Below, one piece after another: positions 54,188 through 64,000 of a stretch of 64,000 bases of DNA. The stretch's first letter is position 1, and every line of letters begins with the position of its first letter. The notes beneath the pieces were generated by a model. The model searched no databases. It was not told where the DNA came from and worked only from the letters and a program-made list of their open reading frames with translations. This DNA comes from Chrysemys picta bellii (lineage: Eukaryota). The stretch is from contig NC_088792.1 of NCBI RefSeq assembly GCF_011386835.1, positions 287,308,001 through 287,372,000 on the forward strand, in the 5' to 3' direction. Made by a program: the position numbers and the translations under genes.

Positions 54188-55599
54188 CTGCAGGGAGAGA
54201 CGGCCGTGATACTACACCAGGAGAACACTGCTGCTGGTGGGGACAGGGGCTGGGAGACAGCCCAGCGGTCTCAACGGAGGGCGTAGTATGTGCCTTTGGT
54301 CACGGAGGACATGGCAGGCTTAACCAAGCCCTTGCAGTGTGTCCACATGGCAAACCCACCAGGCAGCTCAGGAATTCAGCATGATTGCCAGGGGAAGCCA
54401 GGGCTGAGAAGGCCAAGGGGCTGAAGGTCAGGATTGCGGGGCATCGGCAAAGCTGTGTGTGTGTGTGTGGGAGGGTGTCCAGGACTGGGATAACAGGGGG
54501 GCTGCAGGTCAAGATAGAGGGGCACAGGGCATAATACTCAATCTGTGGCAATCATTTTACATAGTACAGGGAGGAGCAGAGGTGGGTGGGGAAAAAACAT
54601 TGACAGCAACTGAGGAAGGAGGGTTTGCGGAGCCTAGCCAGGGTGGTGTGTGTGTCAGCTCAGCGCCCCCTGCTGGATTCAGTCTGTACAGAAAGGCAAC
54701 AATCCAGAAGCAGGACTAAACAGAGAGCAGCTGATTGATGACAAGAAACACAAACCCACCGGGGATTACGCTTGCTGGCTAGCACAGCCCACCAAGCAGG
54801 CCCATGTATGCCTGTGCTAAGCTCCAGGGCTTTGGCGCCTCTGCTGAGACTAGCACAAACTGACCTGCTTGCTGGCAACCAGTACCTGGCGACCTGGCAG
54901 GGGTGGATTAAGGCATAGGCATGACAGACCCATGCCCTGGGCCCCAGCTCCTGGAATCATGGGATTACAGCACATTTTCAGCTTTCACTTAAAAAAAAAT
55001 AAAAGTCTCTAGCTCTCTTGACTGCAAAGGGAAGCTTGAAAACATGACCTGGGCATAACAGGTACAGGGACGGCTGCCTGAGTCTGCAGAGAACCTGGGA
55101 CAATAGCTCTGAGAGGTGTGAACTGCCTTATACACCTCAATGGGCTGGATTACACCTGGAAGTAGCAAGCATCCCCCTTCCCAGAACAATACTCCATGCG
55201 TGGCAGAAGGGGAAGAGTACAGCAGGCCTGGCGTTCCACCCCAGCAGGCCAGGTGTAAGTACTGATACACCCCTTGCTACCCCCTGCCTCTCTGGGATGG
55301 AGAGGGTAGCTATTCTTAAGGGATGGATGCCTCCTGCAACTCCCTCCCCTGCCCCCACACCCATTCCATGTAGGGGGGCATATCTATGGCACATGGGGGG
55401 GGAGCCTTGATCTGGCCCTGGCTGTATACTCACTGGAGAGCTGTGTGGATTTGGAGCGCTCTTCACCTACAGGCATTCTTCCTCTTCTCCAGGCCATTGT
55501 ATAAAAGCAAATATAACCCCTTCACGTGTGTGTGCATGCCCCGGACACTCACAGGTTAATGGGGGGTGGGAGGGACAAGAGGGACCATCAGATGCTCAC

Positions 55600-55779
55600 C
55601 TGTTGCAGGGTCTGCAAAGTGACCCCAGCAGCCACCGATACGATAATGTGGTCCCGGGTAACGGCAGGAGCAATCTCCTGCAGGACTCCAGGAAGCAGGT
55701 GAGGCTTGGTGGCTAGGAAGACCAGGGTACAGCGCTGCAGCACCTCGCTGTTGCAGTGCGTCGTCCTGCAGCCCAAATC
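55600..55779 (-). CDS. PYCR3: PYCR3 exon 3 ([10 protein letters not shown]...[14 protein letters not shown])
   Basis: ATKP and SVAAG motifs; 180 nt. Confidence 0.96.
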
Positions 55780-56244
55780 CTGCCGCCCAAGGAGATGGGA
55801 CACGGTTACAGGCTTGGAGAGGAAAGGCCGGCAGAGCGGGACAGGCTGGAATTCACCAGTACAACAGCAGCACTCAGCCCTCGCCTGCTCTTAACACGCT
55901 TTGTGACATTAAAACTCAGCCCTGTGAGGTGTGGAAGGGCCATTTGAGGATCATTTCATCCGGTACTGGCATGCACTTTAAACTGCAAGGCTGGGGTACT
56001 GGGCTGAGCATTGACCCAAAGGGAAGGGCTCCCCCAGCTAATTCACCAGCACCATTTCCCAGGGCACCCCGGGTGTTCCTCACAGGAATTTAGTAGCTGG
56101 CAGGATCTGATGGGATCACAACAAAGTGGCATCAAGCGCCGCTACTGTGTTTGCCTCCTGTTTCCAGACATCAAGACACTATTAGCTCTTCCAGTCCCGT
56201 GGAAGAGAGACTCAACCTTTCCCACACAGCCTGTCCTCGCTCAC

Positions 56245-56309
56245 CTGGAAGGCGCCCAAGTTCCTGTCGGACGGCGCACTGGCCAAGATGTTAGCAGCTT
56301 TGACTTTTC
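56245..56309 (-). CDS. PYCR3: PYCR3 exon 2 (GKVKAANILASAPSDRNLGAFQ)
   Basis: Resembles human [22 protein letters not shown]; 65 nt, phase 1/0. Confidence 0.93.
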
Positions 56310-57325
56310 CTTAAAACACAGAGCAAAGAAGGAATCAGCTGCGTTAAGATGCATCCAGACAATCCTGCATTGCCTCCAGCACAGACGAGAGACCAAGACA
56401 AACACAGATGAACCTTGGAACCATCACCCAAACCGGGCTGGGGCAAGACCCCAGCCCAAGGGTTCCCCCCTCACCAGCAAGTGTGAGATTCCCAAGGGCT
56501 GTGAAACGCTACTAGGCAGGAGAAGAGGCTAATCACTGCTGGAGGAGCTGGCCAAGCGTGGGCAAACAGGGGCCGTGTGCTCTGTGGGCAGCGATGCCAG
56601 GTGATTGCAGGGAACTTACTTTTACCATATGAGGGCAATCGTGTCAGCAGACCTGGAACGGCTGCAAGCATCATGGGAACAACCAGGCAGCTCTATGCGG
56701 CCTTCACTCCCTAGGGATCGGATCCCAGCGCCATTGATAACTGGACCTGAGCAGAGACGCCCCTCGCAGGGGTGCGGATGCTGGGCATTGCAACTACTTA
56801 TCCCAGAATCCTTTGCACAGCAAGGACATGCAGACGCTTCTGGGATGATGGGTGCAGCCGGGGCCTATGGAGGGACGTAGCCGCGGCTGGCATGGGGCTC
56901 TGGAACTCCAGCGCTGGGCACGGCCTGGGGCTCCATCACTGAGCACCAACATGCAGCTGCCCCCCGGGTGGTTATACAGGGACCCATTGCCCAGCGCTGA
57001 AATGCAGCCACCTCTGGGGCGAGGCACGGGGTTATACAGGGACACCTCATGGGGTGGGGGAGCAGGGCCGCCCGGAGAGGCGGGCAAGTGGGGCAATTTG
57101 CCCGGGCCCCGCATTGCAACCTTTTTTTTAATGGAGGGGGGCCCCGAAATTGCTTTGCCCCAGGCCCCCGAGGGACGCCCTCTGCAGTGGGGCGGGGGCT
57201 GATTACACATGGAGTGGCAGGGGGTGCGCTCTAGCATGGGGGGCTGGTTACCCCGTGACCCCTGGCGGGGGTGGGGGCAGAGGAGGGGGAGTCCCGCCGG
57301 CGCCGCGCCCCCCCGCGCGCCCTAC

Positions 57326-57410
57326 CTGCGCGCACCACGCCCTGCGCCACCCCTTGGGCCATGCGCCCGGCCCCCACGAACCCGACCCGCAGCTCCCCGC
57401 GCGCCTCCAT
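57326..57410 (-). CDS. PYCR3: PYCR3 exon 1 (MEARGELRVGFVGAGRMAQGVAQGVVRA)
   Basis: Rossmann GxGxMA motif; donor G|GTAGG; total CDS 819 nt = 272 aa + stop. Confidence 0.94.
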
Positions 57411-57579
57411 CGCGCGCCGCCTCCCCGACGTCACGCGGCCAGGCCCGTGGGGCGGGGCTCTGTGCTCGCGCCCAGCACCGCGCGCCGCCACCCTGACCCC
57501 ACCCCCGCTGCCGATGGGCGGAGCGCCGCCTGACCCCGCCCCCGCCTCGCGATTGGCCGCGCCCGGGTGTGACGTCGTC

Positions 57580-57641
57580 GGGCGCCGGTTTCATATGGCT
57601 CCCGGGAAGGGTAAAGCTGCTTCTCGAGGGGGCGGTGTCAG
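57580..57641 (+). other. bmb: Putative brambleberry non-coding exon 1 (5' end approximate)
   Basis: Consensus donor CAG|GTGAGT at 57641/57642, facing away from PYCR3; strong acceptor ctctctctgttttctgcctgcag at 59990. Confidence 0.6.
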
Positions 57642-60011
57642 GTGAGTGCCGCGGCTGGCCCACGTGGGGTTCCGATGGGGGCGGGGCGTGGTTTCCGCTC
57701 TCCTCCCACGTTGGCAGCGCTTGGGGGTGCACATGCTAGCGGGGGGGCTCCTCCCCGGGGGGAGGCAGCCCCGCCCCCGTCTCTCCCCAGCCCCGCCCCT
57801 CTCCCTGGCTGGTTAGCAGCTTTGCACCCCCCTTGCTCCTTCCCCCCCCCCCCCCGGCTCTCCGAGCGCTCCCCACAGGGCGGTGTCCTTCTCCTCATGG
57901 TGGGGGCTGCAAAGGGGGGGCAGATCCTCCCTCGGCCTGGAGTCTGTACATCCAACTGGGGCATCTCTGTGCCAGCGCTAGCTCCACCACCAGATGTGGG
58001 CTGGGGGCTGAAATGCCGCCGTGGGCCCCTCCGGCCCGTGCCAGACAGGAGGCCAGTCTGAATGATGGGAACGGGCCCTTCGGTGTCTAACCCGCCCCCG
58101 CTCCCAGTCATCCCGTCCGCACCAGAGTTAGTGCCCGGAGAGCCCTGCTCCCATCCCCTGGCCCCGCTGCCATCTGCCTTGAATGTGTCCGCTCTGCGCG
58201 GAGTGACTGGCTCAGGCTGTGAATGGACAGCCAGGGCTGTGGCCTGGAGGGGCTGGTGTCACGGTTTCTGAATCAAATGATCAGTTTTAGTCCATTACCA
58301 CTTTTTTTTTAAAGTTCTGTAACATCGCTGTTCAAAGACCTCAGAGACCCCACATCTAGTGGCTAAAGCTGGGGGCTGGGAGTTAGGACTCCTGGGTTCT
58401 GTTCTAAGGCCTGTCATTGAGCCTGAGTGGCCTCTGTTTCCCTTTCTGGGAAATGTGGCTAGGACTTCAATCATCTTCGGTGGCGTGCAAGGACAAATCC
58501 ACTAATCTTGGATGTGCTTTGAGACCCTTAGACAGCAGAACCCTTTGAGTTACAATTTACAACACGCTAATATGGTAAATTCTGATATGAAAGGATGGGG
58601 AACCAACAGAGATTGGGGTTAGAAAATAATTAGCTACTTCAACAGGCACTTTCTTTTCAGCTGGTTTCACCTAAGTATTGATATGTCTGATCCTTTCCTA
58701 ACATGCCTTTCTGTAGATGTCACAACTTGACACCGCGGGCTTTGTTCCCTCCGAGGGGTGGAGGGCCTCTCTGATAAGATTGCCTTGGCTAGCTTCATCT
58801 TGGCCAAAGTCTCCTGTTGTAGGGGACCAATGTTTAAACGTACGGAGCCGCCTCCAGAAGTGTGTTGCTCTCGGATAAAAAGGATCCGAAGGTTAAACGT
58901 TAAGGGAATTAATTGAGGCACAGAGCCTACCAAGAAGGAGCAGTTTTCGCTTTAAAAGTATATCTTGGATAGGGAAGAGCTGGGAGCCAAATTCGAACTC
59001 CATTGCTCCTGGGAGGCTTTAGCATCCTTAATGTTATCTTGTTACAATCGGATCTGTGAAATGAGAGCTCCAATAACCGGAACGCAGCAGCACCATTGTC
59101 GCTAGCTACCCATGGCTCCTACCCTGGCAGCCTGGCTCACTTTGCTTAAAACCAGCTGTAGGAAAATCTGGAGAATGTATGCGAATATTACCTCCCTGAG
59201 GGCCACGTCGCCAGCAGCATCTAGGAGCATAAAGTTCTTTATAACGGAGAGACCGGGACAGGTGCAGGTGTGTGGCCTGTGGAGACTCTAGATCCCAGCA
59301 TGTATCAACGTGGGACTTTTGCATGCTGGGGCTGTTAGCTTCCACGATCCCAGACACTCCGTTAGTTCTAGCTATCTGACCATTAATCTTCCTCTCCCAG
59401 ATGCCCCCTCTAGGACATACACAGGAGGAAATCGGGGAGGAACCGTAAGCCCCTGGGCACCTCCCAACTCAGTGTCACGAATATCACTGTTATTATTTAT
59501 TTGTATTGTTGTAGCACCTAGGCACCCCAGACGTGGCATTGTGCTGGGGGCTGCACAAATACAGACACGTCCCTGCCCCCAGAGAGCTTCCGATCGAAGC
59601 ATGAGACGAGATCACAGATGGGTACAGACAGGGGAGTACAAGGCATCAGCGAGACCGTGCGGTCGGCGTGGCAGGCCGTGGCCTCAGCACACCACCGGCA
59701 TAGCTGTTGTCAATGTAACATCAGGCCTGTGCCGTTCGCTCCCCTCTTCTGGAGCTTGTGGACGGTGTTCGGGCCAGTCCCACGCCTGCTCCTGGATGGG
59801 CCCCACTCTGCAGCTCAATGCCGTGCCATTGACCATTGCTCTGTGCGGGGCCTCCTAACCGAGCCAGGCTGAGGTCTCTGAGCTCAGGAGTGGGGAGGGA
59901 TGCAGGGGGCTTGGATGTGGAGCTGCTGCTCAATGCCTGGGGCTCCCCAGACTCCTCTCAGTTCAAACTCTCTCTGTTTTCTGCCTGCAGGATCCCCCTC
60001 CATGCCTCAAG

Positions 60012-60260
60012 ATGCTGCGCCTGGACCGCCGGGCTCTCTTCCTTCCTACCCTCCTCTCCCTCCTTTTCACTCCCTCCTCTGGATTTTTTGGCTGGCTGAG
60101 GCAGGGAGCAGCTCCAGAAAGAGACCCCGTCCCCCCAACACCAGCGCCAGCCTCGAGGAGTCTCCCTAATGCTCCCTTTGAGATGACGACGGGGGATGAG
60201 CGATTCCTGGCTGAGGCCAGGCACCTGGATCTGTCTCCACTGGACTCTTGTCACCACAAG
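60012..60260 (+). CDS. bmb: Brambleberry first coding exon (signal peptide, FFGWL, PFEMTTGDERFLAEARHLDLSPLDSCHHK)
   Basis: Resembles zebrafish Brambleberry N-terminus (PFEM..DEKFLAEA...SPLDSCH); exon begins at 59991; donor AAG|GTGTCA. Confidence 0.88.
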
Positions 60261-61514
60261 GTGTCACTTATCTCTTTGTTGCAGGAGGGCACTAAATGGG
60301 CTGGGGCCGGACCGACAGGGAGGAGGGAATGGTCCGTGCCCCAAAGCACTTGCCATCCAAGGTCCAGATCCTGTAAGCACTTCTGCATGCGCTTCCCTGT
60401 GTGCAGGAGCCGTGCATTGCACTCGATGGGATTGTTCCCTGTGCACGGATGTTTCATGTTTGCATAATCCGGCCCTAAACAGAGCCGCAGTGAAGGGGAG
60501 GGGGACAACAACCAAGCAACGGTGCTCAGGCTGCTGGTGTCACTGTTCCATGTGGCCACAAATTGCCCTGTGTCCGTATGAGCTCTCCTCATCTGCCCTG
60601 CCCCTCGTTAGCTGGCTCGTTTCCTGTAAAGGGGGTCTTGTGGGGGGGCCTCAAAGGGGAAGAGGGTCACCCTGTTTGTCCGCTTTGTCACCCAACCTCT
60701 CCAGATGTACTTCCAGCCCACCCCCTACCTCCGGAACGCTCCCCAACCCTGGAGCGGGTCCACGCAGCCTCTGCATGTTCACATCCCTCCTCCCCGCCAG
60801 GAGGCCTGCGGGAAACAAGCCACATTTATTTGTATATTCAGATGATGCCGTCTTCCTCCCCCTGCTGTGCAGCTGTTCCCGGGCAGAGCCCTTGCTGATG
60901 GCCTGGGGGTGCCAGCAGGGCACATGGTGCGGGCTCCTTGGTCAGTCTGCTTCTCTGAAGGCTTTTAGGCTCTTCCGCATTTGCAGAGCAGCTAAAGTGG
61001 GTAGGGGCAGCCGGCCTGGCGGGAGGGGAAACAGCTGCTCTCAGACAGGGAGAGGAGCCGCCCACTGTGGGGGGAAGGAGGGGACTGAGCAGGGAAGAGG
61101 CATTGGGGTAACATCTCCAGGGGAGCAGAGGCAGAAGATCACCAGCTGGCTTGACTGTGCTTTCACAGGGAGGGGCTGTGTGAGGAGGGGCTCCCCTTGT
61201 GTTGTGGGGTGTCTAGCATGCTTCTGGGTGCTGCCGAACTAATCAAGGGGTATGGAGGTTAGCGGGGAGGGGAGGCGAACCCCAGGAACTGAGCTCTCCT
61301 CATTAAGTCACTGTCCAGCATTAATGATTCTCCTATCGTGGGGCAGCGGGTGAGGATTTAAAATGCAAGTCTAGGGGCAGAGGCCACATGTGGCCTGCAG
61401 ATGAGGAGTTACCTTCTCTTGCACCTGGGAGAGGTCAGGGGGAGTGGGAGGCACCCAGCTTGCTGAAACCACAAGCCCTAACGAGCGCCTTCCCCTCTGC
61501 GTTGCTGCTGGCAG

Positions 61515-61643
61515 GTTATTGCCCAGATCCACTCCTCCTGTACGGACCTGACGGAAGAGGAACTGGCCAAGCTGGGGGTGTCCCTGTTTAACTGCCAAGC
61601 GAGCGTGGAAGGGCGCAGGACCTATCCCTGCACTGCAGACATG
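61515..61643 (+). CDS. bmb: Brambleberry exon (VIAQIHSSCTDLTEEELAKLGVSLFNCQASVEGRRTYPCTADM)
   Basis: Kar5/Gex1/Bmb cysteine-rich domain; CAG acceptor, ATG|GTAAG donor; 129 nt; missed by the ORF track. Confidence 0.92.
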
Positions 61644-63084
61644 GTAAGACGGCGAGGGGCGGCTCTGAATTCACACCCTCCCATGCTGGCTGGGGAGAGG
61701 GCTGCAGCCGGTGCAAGCACCCTGAGATTCTCCTCACGCGGGCCTGGGGAGTGAAGGAAGCCATGGAGCAGGGACTCCTGGGCAAGGCGACCATGTCGCA
61801 CCAGAGTGGCCCCACCAGGAATGGGACTCGCATCACCTTAGGCCTGCAAACAGACATCACGTGGTGGGAACGACCTTCAGCCATCCCTCACCTTAGCCAA
61901 GTTTCCATGGGGATGAAAGGAGAGGCCTCCATATCCTCTTGCTGACGTCTTTCGCCCCACAGCCACCCTTCTCCCCCATCCATCTTCTTCCCTCCGCCCC
62001 ACAAACATCTTCTCCCCCTGCACAGATGGAGCTATTGAAATGGGCTGGGGGTGCTGATCCCCCGGGATAGCTGCACAGCTAGCTTGGTTCATGTTCCCGA
62101 CGGGCTCGTTGCACGTAGCCGGGATATCGAGACAGCGAGGCCAAGAGCATTTCAATGAGAGAACCTCTTGGGTGTGAGAGATGAAGACCCGTTAGGCGGA
62201 CTGGTCCATCTCGCACCCAGTGCAGGACTGGTTCCTAGGATTGATCTTGGAGCGTTTTGTGCCATCAGCCTCTTCAGTGTCCCAAAATGGTCTCCTGCCA
62301 GTTGCCTTGGGTTCCACCGCCCTGGAGAGTTCGCTACGCAGCATCACCACCCTGTGTGTTCCCCCTCCTTATCTCATCCCATCCTCCATCTCACATGTGG
62401 GTATTGCCCTGTGTAATTTCTCTCCCCCTGTGGTGCTCACCTTTCAAATGTGAGGCGCATCGTCTGCCTAGCTCGCTATCAGTTAGCTAAGTAGCCCTGC
62501 ATGCTTATGTATTCCAGCCTTTCCCTCCAGCCCTTGATCATGTCTGTTGCTTTTTTCTCCAACTCCCTCCAGTGTCAGTCTCTTTCAGTCCCATGGTGAC
62601 CAGGACCGAGCACAAAATCCCAGGTGCGCCCACGCCAGGGCTGTGTCAATCCATTTGTGATGAGCAGCTCCTGCATAGCACTTTTCAGCTGTAGGGTTCT
62701 AAGTGTTCTGCAAAGGTGAGTCAGTGCAACTCGCTCGCTTTTAAAGAGGGGAAACTGAGGCACGCAGGGATGTGACTTGCGTACAGTGGTGAAGCCAGGA
62801 ATAGACCTCGGGTCTCCTGATTCCCAGTCCGATGCCTTGTATAGTGGGCCATGCTGCCTAAGATCTAGCGTCTATCTGCCCTTGAGATCTGCCCATGGTA
62901 GGGTACTTTGGTCTAACACGGTAGTGCTTCAGCTGGGTGAGAATAGGTTGGTCTTGCTTGTGAGGATAATTCACCCAGCTTGGTCCTATGTTTGAGTCCT
63001 AAACTGTCCATAGCTGTGGAAGCTATTGTATTGTGGGGACCCAGGACAGCTTTGCCGTATCACGACCTGCTTCTCGTACTGTAG

Positions 63085-63445
63085 TTTCCTAGATTAAAGC
63101 CAAAAGGGACCATCCAGCCTGACTTTCTGCATGTCACAGCACGACGAACTACACCCACTTGCACTTGTCTCGAGGCCAGCAGCATGGGTGTGGCTACAGC
63201 ATCTCTTCCACAAAGGTAGCCGGTCAGGATCCGAAGACACCAAGAGATGGAGGATCTGTCACGTCCCTGGGGAGCTTGTTCCCAATAGTTAATCACCCTC
63301 ATCGTTAAAAATGGGTCTTCTTTCCAACTGGACTTGGTCTGGCTTCCGCTCCCAGCCTTCCGTTCTTGTTCTGTCTTTCTCTTCTGGATTATAAAACCCT
63401 GTGAAGTTACTGATACGCCATGATCAGGTCACCTCTTGCTTTCTC
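63085..63445 (-). mobile_element. CR1 3' fragment in brambleberry intron (related piece at about 62460-62650)
   Basis: Reverse strand reads as the CR1 3' region (gaccagattaactattgggaacaagctcccc-like, ...tcaggctggatggtcccttttgg). Confidence 0.6.
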
Positions 63446-63554
63446 TGAAGTACTGCCATGCAGTTCCTGGGCTAGGAGGGATGAGGGGCATTGGGAAGGG
63501 ACCTCTCCTGTGGCTTTATTGAACCTAGTCCTGCTTGGCTGTCTTTCTAACCAG

Positions 63555-63740
63555 CCCCTCGCGGAATGCACCGCCGACATGGACCCCGACACCTGGAACG
63601 CCTACCACATAGTCAGCAACCGGGCCCGCGCTGTCTGCTACTCCACCCGCCAGATGCAGTTCAAGCGCCAGACGGAGCACACGGTCAATACGCTGGTCTC
63701 CGCCGCCGTGAGTCAGCTGGAGGCCATGAGGCTTCTGAAG
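63555..63740 (+). CDS. bmb: Brambleberry exon (PLAECTADMDPDTWNAYHIVSNRARAVCYSTRQ...QLEAMRLLK); gene continues beyond the window
   Basis: DMD.DTWNAYHIVSNRAR.VCY.TRQ motif; 186 nt, phase 0/0; donor AAG|GTGGGT. Confidence 0.92.
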
Positions 63741-64000
63741 GTGGGTCGTGGCGGGTGGGCGGCTCCAAAGAGGTCTGAACCAATGAACAAAGGGCGGAGT
63801 GAATGTAGGGCACAGCCACCATGGCCTTTGATACAGAGGTGGAGATGACCGATCCCCGTGTGCCATGCTCCACTGTTAAGCATGGCATGCTGGGACTTGT
63901 AGTCGCTCGTAGTCCTCTGCGTGCACCACTGCGGTCTGTGCGTCACTACTGGCACCTCGCTGATGGAGTCAGTGTCTCGCTAACAGGACGGCCAGGAGGA

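Larger units (their letters stand above)
57230..57860. promoter_or_regulatory. CpG island / bidirectional PYCR3-brambleberry promoter
   Basis: CpG-dense; GTGACGTC x2, GC boxes x2, TCGCGA and ATTGG. Confidence 0.8.

Noticed and set aside
57411-57491. N-terminal extension of PYCR3 from an upstream non-ATG codon
   Set aside because: Runs through promoter motifs; the ATG at 57410 already gives a normal-length 272-aa enzyme
58690-59400. CpG-containing intronic stretch that looked like a decayed retroelement ORF
   Set aside because: No frame gave a convincing RT or endonuclease motif by eye; needs a tBLASTx or Dfam search
60196-61242. 348-aa plus-strand ORF
   Set aside because: Out of frame with brambleberry, mostly intronic, no recognisable motif; GC-rich chance ORF

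Overview
Vertebrate genomic DNA, very probably a turtle (tortoise PolIII/tRNA-derived SINEs, turtle-type CR1 and Penelope repeats). It holds four genes arranged as two head-to-head pairs on CpG islands. (1) EEF1D, minus strand, complete: TOP-type first exon near 34.2 kb, a 1274-nt long-isoform exon and seven core coding exons ending at 698. (2) TIGD5, plus strand, an intronless domesticated Tigger/pogo transposase. (3) PYCR3, minus strand, six coding exons, 272 aa. (4) The 5' part of brambleberry, plus strand, three coding exons, running off the window. Best second-look items: a six-fold repeated W-x-x-K-x-x-[YF]-D-x-A-E motif in long EEF1D; an in-frame 72-nt EEF1D cassette exon that the ORF track misses; a strongly flanked 23-nt frameshifting micro-exon candidate; six Penelope-derived minimal hammerhead ribozyme motifs, some in fold-back insertions with target-site duplications; a mirror-symmetric PYCR3/brambleberry bidirectional promoter; and a higher-order G-rich VNTR in EEF1D intron 1. 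I found no wholly new multi-gene system. All gene identities come from recognising protein sequence by eye, not from database searches.
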